Origin: Trichoplax adhaerens
Lineage: Eukaryota > Animalia > Placozoa
NCBI RefSeq assembly: GCF_000150275.1
Contig: NW_002060946.1
Span: 7,235,855-7,299,854, forward strand
Length of the DNA: 64,000 bases
Direction: 5' to 3'
The position numbers and the translations under genes are program-made. Shown here in pieces: positions 14,338 to 28,721 of this stretch. Numbering within the stretch: position 1 is the first letter of the stretch; each line of letters begins with the position of its first letter. Below the pieces are notes generated by a model that ran no database searches, was not told the origin of the DNA, and was given only the letters and a program-made list of their open reading frames with translations.

Positions 14338-15787
14338 AATACGATATTTGAATTTGTTTCTCCAAGAGCCAAGTAATATATTGAAAGTAATGTACTGTAC
14401 AGTGTCAATATATGAGCATATGCGCATAAAGCATATACCTATTTGGTAAATAATTCTATACGATAGCGCTGTTCCAAAGTTGTAAGATCTGTAAACTAAT
14501 ACTTACATACCATTTCGTACGGTTATGTAGGGTAACTTATGCCATTGTATAAAGTCACTGCCTGTAAATCTCCTTACGTGAAGTGCGAAAACGTATGGAT
14601 TATTTTATACATTAAGAAGAGTAAGAAAGCTGTCTGCTACATTTATTAACAATTTTAACAACAATTCTAGTGCATACTACATACAAGTAAGTTGCACTAT
14701 TATTAAAATACAAGACTCGATGATTCCATCGCCTTTTTTTACTATGTTTAAGTTAAACTATCAATTTCACCAAGCTTTCAACGGGTTGGTATTTTAATAT
14801 TTCCTAAAAATGAAATTTATTGATAAGCATTTAATGTCAAAAACTTAATGCCAAAGCTAAAATAAAGTAAATCACAATGTTTTACCAGACACCTATTCTA
14901 TCATACGAGCAATTTAAAAACTATGAAATGTAATAGTAAGATCATTAATATAGAAAGTAAAGCTATTTATATCTTGTACGAGTATAATGATCATGCAAAA
15001 GATCATATTAGCAGCTACAAATTATATGCAGATAGAAAGAAGTATTGGAACTTCAATTAATAAAATTGCCTGTCAGGGAGCGTTGTCGATGGGTATTTAC
15101 AATAGCATTATTTTCAGTGAACATAGTTTTGCAGCTATCTTTGCACTACTTGATTGCCGTTTAGAGGCTAATCTGCAGTAAAGTGATATGCAAAATTTGA
15201 TCAATTGCCGCAGTTTAAAATACTTCAGTATTCACGTATTGACCATATTGGAGTTTATTAATTAAGAGAGTAACAATACGGAGATTGCGATTATCATTTT
15301 AAAACAAATTATGGAAAAGGGTTATTTTCTGGTACGATTTTATCATAAAAATGAGTGAAAAGTAACAAGTTAATTATACGTCTTTTTATCTAGATAGCAA
15401 TGATATATACACCTACCCCTAATTACGACACTATCCATATTTCAACTCGATTAATTTTCGATAAACCTTGACAATATAGACACGTAATACGAACAAATAA
15501 CGAAAAAAATTGTTCGCTGTCGACAATTATATCATTAGTTTATAATATACTCGTATAACTTCGATCATCCCCCAAAAATGAAATCAATGCACACGTGCAA
15601 TAAATAAATTAAAAAATAAACATTAGAAACGCGGACGACTACAGAAATATCTAACCTGATTTTATTAGGTTATAAGTAACAACAGCTAGATAATCATCGT
15701 TGCTTTTTAATGATACAACTAAGAAGAAGAAAACTAACGAGGGATATATACAATATAGTATATACGAGTATTTTCTCTATTCTATGT

Positions 15788-17629
15788 CTACATTGGTCGA
15801 GAAGTCAATACAGAATTACGCACAACGTAGGTACCAGTTCGTTTTGTCGAAGTACCTGTTATTGTAGGTGTCTGACTATTAGGTTTATAATCAAACAATT
15901 CCAAGTAGCAAATCCTGATTTCTTTTTTAGATATACAGTAAAGGTAATATAGAAAGAAACCTTGCAATGATGTAAAAGTAACAAACATTGCTTCAAAGCA
16001 GTGCCTTAAAACAGTCGGCCCTTCAATATAAGTCAATAGTACAAATATCCAAGCTAGGCCTAAAGCGGTAACAAATGCCATTAAAGATCGAACTTGGGAC
16101 ATAGTAATTTTAGTCCGGATACGATGATGACTTATTGATGATTTTCTGATTTGGTAAGAGATGATGAAGAAAATAACAAAGTTAATACCAACAAAGCCCA
16201 GCATAGGAAATATGTACAGTACGTCAGCATGGAATCGATTCATCCAGCAACTAGAATAAAACGACGATCGTAGTTCAGTATCAGTAAAATAATGTAGTAA
16301 GGATTGATTGTGATCAAGCAATAATGCATATATAGTAAGAGATAGTTTAATAATCAGATCAGAATTTATTTAAAGGTTAATAAGGCATTCTCTATGTAGG
16401 ACATTTTGCATAATCCAAAGAAAAACATTCTGTTAGAAATGTTTAAGATCATTTAATCTATACTTACAATCCATTAGCATTCCTCTCATAAATATTATCG
16501 CCATCTAAAACTGCCGCAGTTCCTACCGCCAAGGCTGGAATACCTAAATTGTAATAAATTATTAGTATAGAAATGAATTTTAAACGATGTAGAGGAATAA
16601 AATTAATTGTACAAGAATTAAATTAAGCCTTATGAGTATTTTAAATAACTTCCTGATTGGTAATTTCAAACAATTCACCTCATGATAATCCTACTTAAAC
16701 TTTAAATTTAATTATCTTGATACGAAAATGCTTTTCTCTTATCCTTAGATATGCTCGTATATCGCTCAACTTACCAAATCCTAACAATATGGTAAACTTT
16801 ATCAGCCTAGTCGTTGTAACATAGTTGATAGCTGAAAAGACTTTAATCAATTTAAAGTATAAATGAAGCGCCAAAATAGTCGTCCAAATCGTTTTCGATA
16901 GTAGAAAAAAATGCATGGAGATCGAAACAATTTTGCATAGGGTAGGATAGTTAGCGGCTCGTTGCACAGCAAAATTTAATGCATTACAAGCAGCAACAGT
17001 AACACTTAAAATGCAAATAAGCAAATTGACCCTCTTTGCACGTAGTTTTCTAAGTAAAATAGAATATAAGTAAATAAGTACAAATTGAAGCAGTTTATAT
17101 TATCATCTAAATTAATATCGAAAGCAAAAATACTACGAAAATCAGAAAGGAAAACGCGTTCGTCAACGTCAGAAATAATTACTGTCATGTTGTTACTATT
17201 TATTTGTTAAAAAAATGAATAAAAACTGAGTGCATTAACATTTAAGATAAAAGGCAACATGTTAGAAAGGCCGACTTGGGCAAGCCAGTTAAGTAATAGT
17301 ATTAATTGCCAAATGTTACTTTATGCCTTCAATGGATGATAATACTTTGGTATGATCAAATAGTTATCAATTATAACCTAAAAGAGGCCAGATACTACTT
17401 TCAGCTTTTAATTGAAACTTTATTATGAAATCTCAATCCTAAACTTTGGGAATATCTACCTGAAGTAGCGCAAAGTCATAATAGTCATAATGGCACCAAT
17501 TAATGAAAGTCCATTGCCGATTTCGGACGTGGTGCGGATTGCTCTGCGGAAAATGGCTTCGTAATTAGTGCTGTTGGATAGCGTAATATTTTTGATCATC
17601 GATGGTAGTGTACTTTTAAATTGAACCGT
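15788..17629 (-). CDS. Adhesion/secretin-class 7TM GPCR transmembrane module; 5' structure uncertain (possible start at Met 17599)
   Basis: Four exons (17629-17460, 17049-16775, 16543-16468, 16250-15788) splice without stops. TM1 is SEIGNGLSLIGAIMTIMTLRYFRKLR and TM3 is CKIVSISMHFFLLS..W...ALHLYFKLIKVF. They are followed by GFGIPAL, CWM, LGLAWIF and TM7 FTSLQGFFLYYLYC, which are 7tm_2 hallmarks. Confidence 0.88.
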
Positions 17630-18834
17630 CTATTAATGGAAAGTATTCAAAACGTAGTATTCAATGTTAATGTACAAGTTAAAACACTATTAAATATTTT
17701 TAATTTTATGTTATCATATAAAAATCTATCTACATATGTACAGATATCCATAATCATTTTTCTTTTTACATATAATGGGTTGTTTTACTGGGCATTTTGC
17801 AAAACTTTCGATTATGTATGCTGCTTTAATCATGCATATGATAAATTTAGTTTTTATTATATTTATCAAAATTAGTGTTATTATTAGTTATAGGTCTATT
17901 AACTTGCCATTGCAAGTGTAGTGTGTTAAAGGAGAATTGTCGATATAATTATGAAAAGTTTAGTTGTTTACTTGCGATTCTCTACTGAAATATGTATATA
18001 TATATATATAGCATATGAACATTTACTTATAGACTTATCCGCATGCTGTAAATATAACTTAGATGTAGTGCTATCAGCAATATTAGTCTATTTGACTTGC
18101 ATTCTACTACCCACGCACACCCACATTCTAAATATGCCAGTATTTATATAACTAGATCTATGTAAAATATATTAGAATATGTCCTTGACTAATCCTATAA
18201 AATGTTGATCTATGATAGAATACTATCATCAATATAATTTAATAATAATGAGTTACTTGTATTTTAATCGGATGAAAAAATAGTTATTAACTACAATAAG
18301 ATCAGCCTGCTGATGCAAGTATAAAACATTGACTTATTTATAGGTCAAGAACTAACGATCTTAGATCAATGTAAACTTATAGTAGTCGAATAGATGTAGA
18401 TTTTAAAAACATCGTGACAATAATAGAATTTGGAAATAACTGTTACAATTATTTAATTTACGATGTAAGGCGATAAAAACATTCATTATCGGAAAAGAAA
18501 GAAACTATAAAGAGAGAAGATTACTAGAATTTAAACATGTCTATTTCGATAGGTGGTCAAAACAAACTATAAAATAATACTGATCAAGATTTTGGAGGTT
18601 AATTCAGTTTTGAAATTCTTCACAACTAAACGTTCATATTGAAATTGTACATAATTTAATGCTTAGAATATAATCAGATAAAGTAAATATCTAATCCAAT
18701 TGCTTGGTGTTGATAAATAAAATTTGAAATGCTTAATAAATTACAAATGCTACTTTGTAATAATTACATAGAGCAATGGCCAACTGCCCATATGATTGGC
18801 GTAATACTGATAACAAATTTGAGTTCAAACTTAC

Positions 18835-21800
18835 CAATTTTAATTGTAATTCACACTGCTCAGGTACCAACATTAAGTTGCCGATAAATCCGTGAGTCAT
18901 GGCTATATCCCATATTTGCTTAATTTTTTCTCTTCGAAAATCGGCATTGAGTGAGTAATTGAAGAAGAGAATCGCCTTAATTTGAACTATTGTTTGGCTG
19001 TAATGTCCACAACGGCATCCAAAAAGGGAAAAATAAGATGCGTTTAAAACATCACATATTCTTTATTTGGTTAAGAAAAGACTAAAATAGCTTTAAAATT
19101 CGTTCAATTTTTGCATATTAGGTTACTACTATAAAGATTAATACCCCTAACACAGGTACTTCCTAATTAATGATACTCTTTTAGTTTCATATGATCTTAC
19201 AACTCGTTTAGATCCTTTAACTACAGTATTTAGCTTATGCGTAGTGTTGATCTCTTTTAACCTAGATTGAATCATAATTGCATTGTATGGCTAATATTTT
19301 ATAAACGCAATACTGAACTACGTAGTTTTTACTTTCCCGCCGTAGCGAATATGATAGCAGAAATTTTCCTTACTTTTAATTAAATTCCATAAATATCTAT
19401 CGTAGTACCATCAATAAGATAATTGTTCTAAATAATGTAATTGACCATGAATACTCGTTTCTGTGGCGAATACAACTAAACATGAATAGAGTATGATCTA
19501 CTTTATAATTAAAGATTAGTTCTAGAAGTAATTTTTGTCCTCAAAATAATTTATAAATATACGATATTTTAATAAGATATAAATGATACCTGCAGTCAGT
19601 TGGCAAAATTATTGGTGTTGTATTATTAGCAGCAGTTGGAGCTATAGAAGATGGAACACAGTAGCCGTACGGTCTAGGAAATAATGAGCAAATACCGCAT
19701 TAAATTAATGTGAACAAAATGAAAATATTTTGCTAATAATTCTTTTCAAAATTCCATTCGAAATCTTCGTTTGTTACGTTGAAAGTATCCACTGATGAAA
19801 TATTTATAAAAGGCGAGAAAATTGTTTATAAAATCAAATTCCAACTAAAGCAAAATTAGGGATCTTTTCTTATAATGGAATTTCTTATCCTTTCTATAAC
19901 TTCGCATGTGGGTGATAACTGTATACTAATCGTTGAACGATCATTATCAGCAAATTCTTCTCCAACAAATTGATGACACAGGACGGAATATTAACCAATT
20001 TATGGCTTAATTATGTATAAACATCATATTATATGACTTAGATAAAATTACAGTATTAAATTAAGCTATCAACTACAAAAATTACGGGACAATCATTATT
20101 ATTATCAATCACTACGTACTGTATCTAGTTCATATATCTAATGTAAGCTACCTTACATTCCTACGTGTGTAAGGGGCCTTTCCATAAAATTAACTTTAGT
20201 GCTGTTTATATTCACACGAGTTCAATCATCAAATATATTATATAAATGAATATCTTATATATATTATCTCTTTATTTTTGGAAATAATACAGCTTGAATA
20301 TAGTTCAATAGCTATCTGAGACTCTCTTTTGTTAATTTTAAGCTTATATCATAGTTATTGCCACCACTATAACTATATTCCAAAGGCGTGAAATANNNNN
20401 NNNNNNNNNNNNNNNNNNNNNNNNNNNNNNNNNNNNNNNNNNNNNNNNNNNNNNNNNNNNNNNNNNNNNNNNNNNNNNNNNNNNNNNNNNNNNNNNNNNN
20501 NNNNNNNNNNNNNNNNNNNNNNNNNNNNNNNNNNNNNNNNNNNNNNNNNNNNNNNNNNNNNNNNNNNNNNNNNNNNNNNNNNNNNNNNNNNNNNNNNNNN
20601 NNNNNNNNNNNNNNNNNNNNNNNNNNNNNNNNNNNNNNNNNNNNNNNNNNNNNNNNNNNNNNNNNNNNNNNNNNNNNNNNNNNNNNNNNNNNNNNNNNNN
20701 NNNNNNNNNNNNNNNNNNNNNNNNNNNNNNNNNNNNNNNNNNNNNNNNNNNNNNNNNNNNNNNNNNNNNNNNNNTATTAGATATTAAACTTACTTATTTA
20801 ATTCTAAAAAACTTAAATAATCTATTTCAATATCTATTTCATATGTGGGCTTGAATATTAACTGTAAGTTTGTCTCGTCATTTTAATACTTGTAACATTA
20901 ACATTGTGAAGGCTTGGAGTGAATTATACAATGTTCATACGTGTAAGATACTCAGTTTATTTGCCGAACAAATTGATAAGTGACGTAATGTAAGTGGTAT
21001 ACCGTCATTTTTTTGGTATACGAGTAATTAAGGGCATAAAAAATTCACAAAATGTGTAAAACCCTTAATCTTGCTACACTTTTTTTTGCTAATAGTTATT
21101 TTTATATGCGTATAAAGTACTGTATCTTACTTCTCTTACTTTAATAACCGTAAAATAACCATTACTTTTTGTACAATAGAAAGTATTCCAGTTTTAAAAT
21201 CAACATATTAGATAGATAGTAAAACTCAATGTACAACGAAAACTAAAATTTTATTAGGACTGTAGTCAGCTATGATACTCATAAATCGAAAAATGTACCG
21301 TAGATCATTTAAAGTACATTGATAAAATGTGGTCGATATTTGAAAAGCTATCATTCTAAAACAAACAGCATTTAGAAATATTTCATCATTAAAGCATTTA
21401 GTTTTGCTAGTTGACATGTTTGAGTAAGTACCAAAAGAATAGCTATTGAGAGTTTAGTCATAATGCTAATTCGATAAACAGTTTCATATCTCAATAAATA
21501 TAATCAATACGCGTATATTCTTTCTTTCTCCTTAGTAGTAATAATTGGGCAGGTTGGATTTTTAATGTACAATTTTTCTTACCTTACTTTCCCCAAGCGC
21601 GGAACATAATAGTTTCCAACTGCTCCAAAAAACATTGTTCTCATCTAGAACCAATTATTTGTTAAAATTAGACTGTTTCTGTAAAGTGAGATAAGGTACA
21701 ATGTAATAGAGCTAATATCACCAATAAATTAATAAATTTCTTGAATAGTCTGTATATGAAATATGGACACAGTATTAATATTACAAAACAAAGACTATTA

Positions 21801-23161
21801 ACGTTGATTTATCAGCCTCATTAAAAATCACAATAAGTAAATTTAATGCCAGAAACAGGTTGGTGATGTGAAAGTAAGAAAGATTTACAACAGTGTCACA
21901 TATTAATGCCTGCTAACTATAAAATGAGGATGAGTCATCAAGATTATGTGTCTATAGCATTGCAAATCCTAAAAGAATTCATTTATAAACTTTAGAGATG
22001 AGGAAGTTGTGGCGTGATTTGTAACACGAAAGGTATTCGTGATTGGAGACCAAGAATAAATTGTAAAATATTGCCGATCAAGACTAATAACTAATATGTA
22101 TCGTTTAATAAGGGATCAGATAGATCAGAGCTTCTTTCAAATAGTTAAATTAATTACTATGTGCCCAATAAGTAATTCCTTATAATCTATTTTGAGAGAA
22201 CCCATTCGACTGATTAATATCTATAAATCGTGGAGAATTTCATTTTAAATGGAATATCAAGCATGGCTTACATCCAATTTCCGATATTACTAAATATAAT
22301 TCAATTTTACATGATGCAGATTTATCATTCTATTTGCCGGTAAGAATTGGGAAGTTACATACAATTCTAACTTAATTTTTATTGATTTCATTAATGGCCA
22401 GTAGGTTTACCTTCCTTGATACAATAACATTCCATTAATTTTAAGCAATTTATATCCTATGACTACAATCAAGATCATATAAATAAGAATACAATAATAC
22501 TATACCAATTTAAGTTTACCCCATATTTAATTTCGGCGACTAAAGATAAATATGGCTCTTTTGAAGTATATTTATAAATGGACGTGTAAGGTCGATTCTT
22601 AATCGTTAATTTAAATATTGAATTTCCACTAGCAATATTTTTCTCTGGTGCTTTGTCAGCTGCAACAATATCTAAATGTTTAGCATGAAAAATATCGTGT
22701 TAGTATACAAGTATTGGCCACCTCTATTACATTGCCAAATGAATCGAGAATAACTAAATAGGCTAGGTCTTAATCAATTAAGTAATACAATATCTTGACG
22801 AATATTAATTTAACAACGCTTATGATCTTCAAGAGTTTACGTAAGTTTTGAAGCTTGGACTAGGAAAGATTATTCCTATATTCTTCTAATACATTGAAAC
22901 TAAACTATATTTTAGACATATAAATTAATATCATGGCAGTACTAACTGACTTTTTTATTTGAAAATATCATCTAGGTACATATAATGTTTGAATGGAAAT
23001 GACATCAATTTTACTGCAGCATTTTAAATTGGATTACATTCGGTCTCATTTTAACTCACTACAATCTAAATTGTACTAGTAGGGTTATACCTCCTTATCT
23101 TTAATAGATATTTATTTAGCTTACCTAAGTATAGAATTGCCAGAATCAGTAAAAATTTCAT
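18835..23161 (-). pseudogene. Decayed or unresolved ectodomain exons (signal peptide plus SEA-like segments) upstream of the GPCR
   Basis: Signal-peptide exon GCACC-ATG MKFLLILAILYL|gtaagc (23161-23125). SEA-like exon FKLTIKNRPYTSIYKYTSKEPYLSLVAEIKYG (~22670-22520). Clean exon 19060-18835 that can splice in phase to TM1. Intervening exon-like pieces contain in-frame stops, and the N gap lies inside the span. Confidence 0.45.
20396..20774. other. Assembly gap (N run)
   Basis: Run of N. Confidence 1.
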
Positions 23162-26100
23162 GGTGCTAAGCTGTTTATCAACTAGGCTGATATGAAAAGT
23201 TGATAGGACTTCTTCACGTAGATCGTTGGAATAGTAAATAAGATATTAGAATGAAGTGAATGTAATATATATTCGATGAAATGTAACTCAATATTGAAAT
23301 AAAAGCACCTTTATTGCACTGTACGAGTGCGAAATAAAAAATATTGATCCATAGGGACTACAATCAATAATTTACCTGATTTTTAATCTCAATAATAGGA
23401 TCGATAAATTGATATCAATAGTAAGAATGAATTAATTTGTCTACCTGTTAATAGTTAGAAATTGTCAATACTCTCTCATAAAAAATATATCTACAGTAAC
23501 ATGTTATAGCTAATAACTACTTGAATAAAAAGTCTCTTTTAAAAAATAAAATCATTTTTAGACTATTCTATTCAATTATACATAAGCGGCTTCTAATTAT
23601 TATGTCAATTAGAGACGACATTATAGATTTGAATAGCAAGTAAACCTTCAAATTAGTTGACCGATTGGTAAATTAGTTGAGTAAACAAAGCATCGAGGAA
23701 GGAAATACAACTCAATAGGAGGCCTTCATAAAATTGACACATTTTCATCATGCAACAAAGCTATGAAGCGATGCCATATTTAACTTCCAATCATATCCTA
23801 AATTCTAATGACAGCATAGTTTGATCAAAGATCCTCTGTCTTTCTAATATGGTGATGGCTGGAACACTATAGATTACGTATTGAATTTACTGTAGATTTA
23901 TTGATTGTATAATTATTTTTACTTTTCATCCCTCTTTCGAATAAAATCAACATGATTATCCATATTTGTCATGGATTAGCAAGTTTGTTGTTGTGTTCTT
24001 GTTTAAAATCATCTTGGATATTGACTTGGATATAAATAATAATCTATCCTATATTATCAAGAAGAGTTAGTATGTAAAAAATTTTCTTGGAAATATCTGA
24101 GGTTATTATATTATTTCGGATAATATATAAGTGTAGATAAATATCGGTTTCCATCCATATGTTTTCCTCAGAATATATCTACTTATTCTAAAGGATAAAC
24201 ATTTAATTCAATCAAAGAGTAGATAATGTATTCGGTATAATTGTTGATCATATTAAAGGCCTAGATTATGATGAAATGTATTTATGTACTTCAATCTTAG
24301 CATATAACAATCATTTAATAGCCGCTAAAATTATTGATCATCATGGAAATGGATGAATAGTATCAGCAGTTGGTTTTATCGTAGATATAAAATGTCTGTT
24401 CTTCCCACGATATTTATTTAATATAAATAAAGAAAATAACAATTTGGCGTTAAAAAAGTGATAAAATAGAAATACTATTGATTATAGAATTGTTCATACT
24501 GTATCAATGTTAGTCTAGGAGTTTATGATCACAGATATTATTTATTCATGATTTTAATTAATACTGTGGTTGGATTTACGTTGACTTAAGCTACTAATTG
24601 CGTTGATTCACCTTATAACTGTCACTGCTATAATTAATTTATTTTATGGCTACTAGAGCAGTTAATCATTGATAATAGAGAAAGAATCATCTTCATTTTA
24701 TATCATCATGGATGTTATTTTAATCGATTTTATAACTAGAATTCGCTATAATTAATTTATTTTAATATTGAATGATGACATCATGGTAGCCTACGACTGT
24801 TTGCTCAAACCAATAACATTCGATATCAAAACACGAATAAATTAATTTTAAATAAAAAATATGTATTTATCATTTGCAGATTATTTGATTCCTTCATTTT
24901 CATAATAAATTTATATTATAATTTATTGATTATTATTTAGTCAATTGCAGTTGAAGATAGTTTCCATAGAATAATAAACAAATCTATTATCAAGGTATAA
25001 AAAATAGACAATTATCGTAAATGCAATCTTCTATACTACAAAAATATAGATATGGGTCTATGAAGTGGTTAGCTCTATGAAGGATCAGTCAAGTAATCGT
25101 AGTAAAAAACTAAAAGATGATTAAAAATACAATGATAGAATAGAATGTAATATTGATAAATTACTCGCTCACACTAAATGGAAATCAATGATCAAAATTA
25201 AAGCTGTATTCAACCGTTTGAATTTATTAATCATCATTATTTGATATATATAAAGAATATTAGACCATAGTTGTAATTGGAAATCGGACATAAAATTAAG
25301 ATTTAAGAGAAAAGGAAATAATAAAAAGACAATAGATGAAGAACATTAATTAGATATTTGAATATAGCAATACCGAAAATTCGATCTCTAGAAAGTTATT
25401 CTACTTTGAAGCAGTTCAATATCGAGCTCTAATTAATACATTATAATTGCAACTAAGCTATTATTAATCCTAAACCTTGACTTTATTCACTCACCTCATT
25501 TAGCTTACTTGATTTCATAAAATCAAAGAAGATAGATAACATCAACAGGAAGTTCAATTTATAATTACATCTTGCATTTTGTATTCTTTTGCGTGAGAAA
25601 TAAATTGAAAATATTGTTTTTATCAGGTCAAAAAATATTTTAAATGAATGAAATCGAAATGGCTCATAATTTTATTCTTATTTACATCAGAGGGTTATAC
25701 AGAATTAAAAAAATAATTAACAAGTTATGATTGATACTTAGCTATGGTAAGTTGCTATTTATCTAGTTTAATATTTAAGCTATAAGATAATTATAGTAGT
25801 TATTTTTGAGTCTTGTTCTCTTCCATCATTTCCTATAACTACTTTTACCTACAGTACAAGGAATTTTTAATCTTTTAACAATTATCGTGATTTACCACAA
25901 GATTAACAGCTACATTGCTGCTTATTGATTGATTAATTAATTGTGATTTCAATTTCATCTATATCTTCCTGACGCTCACATTGTGAGCTGTTATTTATCT
26001 AGTCTAGTTATGAAAACTCTTGAAAATTACTTCAGAGCAATGACAAAGGGCAAAATTTTTATTAATTGATTTTTGTCTTGGCAATTCTTAATTGTCTTGG

Positions 26101-28721
26101 ACTACTTCTTCCTCTATGTTATAATGATTCTGTACATGTTAGCTAGACGAGTAATAGGAAATAGATCCGACTATCATTCTTAGTTGCAGCTGTATTAACT
26201 ATTGACGTCATGCTATCGAATTGAGAAATAATCTATTATTAATATGCCAAAATGGAGACGACTAAAGCTGAATTAATACAACTGAATAAATACACGTATT
26301 TATTCTAGTACGTTAAAGTAGATGATTTTAAAATTACTAGGATAAATTAATCTTATAAGATCCATGTAAGAAGATTAATATTCACACATCGACTTCATGT
26401 TTGGGGAGGAAGAAAGTGTTCTTTCTGTCATGATAGACAATTTATATTTTAAATCCGGCTATCATGGTGCTATCAAGTATATAATCAGTATTTACATCTA
26501 TAAAACAGCTGTAAATGTTATTTAGCCGACTTTGCAAGCTTTTAGATCGATATGTTATTTCTGACTGGGGTTCAATTTATAATAACGCGTGATTAAATAA
26601 CACTAGGTTCAAATTGATATTTTTTAATCTATATTTTTATTCCATTAAAATAGAAACAGGTCTTTTATATCCCATCTGCTATTTATCAAATCACAGTAAT
26701 CTTATTAACTGGGAAACATTTGTTCTAGTCTAGAAAGAAAAACTGATAAGCTTAATTTAGCTGCAGGACAAAAAGCCCTCTTGTTGTTTATCCAATCTAT
26801 TTCATCATTGGTTGTAGAAGTGAGCTGACAGACTAACCAGATATTAAATTAAAAAAAATATCCAATCTTTAAATGACATCTCATGTAGAATTGGCGCTAG
26901 ATTGATAATTAATTACACTATTTGTCAATCGATTGATTTGAAAATATGACAATAAAATTACCGCAGTTCTTAGTACGTAAATTTAATATCCTTTATGGTG
27001 TGGCCGATTGATTGGTCGATTGTATGCTTAATTTAATAGATTAGATGATTTTCAAAGCTTACCTCTCTCTTTTAGTTGTATGAAGGTAAATAAAGAAATA
27101 AATGTAGGATTATGAAAAGAATGTCTTCAAGTCAATCGGATCTAGTCTGATAGACAAGTACAATATAAAAATTTTTTGAAAGAAATGCTACTGACCATGT
27201 AGATACCTTGTGTCTCAACATTGTGGTATTAATGAACATGCAAGCAAAGACATAGATGGCGTCCAGATGATACTTGAAAGAAATAGAAAGAGTAAAAAGC
27301 AGCGACAATGTATCATCAAAAGTTAAATCATAGCTTCCGAAAGATAGAGAATAAGTCATATAGAGTTTCTCTGATAACAAAACAATTCAATTGAAATTTG
27401 TAAACCTCAAGCCACGCAATGTCTGAGATTTTTGTTAGATTACATCTGCTAATCCTTGCTAGTTAGAGTTGATTAATGTCCTGAATCTACGATTAGCTCA
27501 TACTATATTTATCTATCGAATATTGGGCTACGTAATGACTTGTTAATCACAATGAATAAATCTAATGTCGGTATCAAGGCATCTATGTATAAATTAATTA
27601 ATTAAATCGATGAAATGAACCATTAAGTTGTATGTCAAGTGAAAGCTAAATTACTTTGAGTATGTGTTGTTTGTACTGCACCATTTTGAGTGTACAGCGG
27701 ACTACCTGAACGGTTCTGTAGATACTATGGCTACTGCTCAACGCTGTATTAATGTCATTTATTTGTATTAACGATTCCTGAACAAACTATAAGCAGCATT
27801 AGTACCGGATAGTATCGCTGCATTAAATGCGAAATTAGCGTTTATGTGATGATATAATAATTGGGCAAATTCAAATAATCCTCCGCCAAAAAAATTGATT
27901 TATTTACAATCATGATAGATATTAGATTGATACTTGTTAAATAGTCGATGCTTAAACGCAAATAAACGTGAAATTATCATTTCAAAAATAATAGAGCTTT
28001 TCATTGGTTCGATTACTATCAACGCCTGAAGTTACAATTTTGCTTTCATAATTTACTTACGATCATGTGTATCAACAGAGCTAAAAAAATGCAACAGATA
28101 CCGAAGTACAATGCAGAAAATGCCTTGCATATTAATCTTGGATTTTTAGCATTGTTAAAATCATTTCGCTTCAGTTTTATTCCTATGTATACTGACGGTG
28201 AAAGTTATTATTTCTTATTATGTGTCCGGATTAATGATAAAAACGCTGATTACTCTTTTTTGATCTACCTTCATAAACACAGCCTAGAGGAATGTTAAAT
28301 TGAAAACATACGTGCTATCCTTTCATAGCAAATTGGCCCCAAGCAGCTAGTATTTCGTTGCAAGTTATACGTATAAGAGCGGTTTCATTCCGTACTGTTT
28401 GATCATTCTAGTATTACGTCAGTTTACGTAATATTGTAATAGATACCAATGTATTAGAAGCAATTCAATTTTTTATGTTATATTTCAATAGAAAATACTG
28501 AATATCTGATATTATAGTTGATCCTTAATTATCAATCTTGTCCTATTGAAGCGTTCGATAATCGAATTAATATCAGTGAGCTAATATTAAATACTTATAT
28601 ATTGAGATATATAAATATGCTTTACCCCATGTGTATCCACGAAGTAGTGGATCTTCTCATGGGAATTTTAATACATTATTCTACTTCTAAAGATAGACAG
28701 TATACTAAAAAGGAACAATCG

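Noticed and set aside
20388-20780. 130-aa ORF of X residues
   Set aside because: Artefact of the N gap.
27132-27900. Hydrophobic ORF and a signal-peptide-like stretch (MQRYYPVLMLLIVCSG) on the minus strand
   Set aside because: Followed by multiple stops, with no homology I can recognise. Hydrophobic ORFs arise readily in AT-rich DNA.
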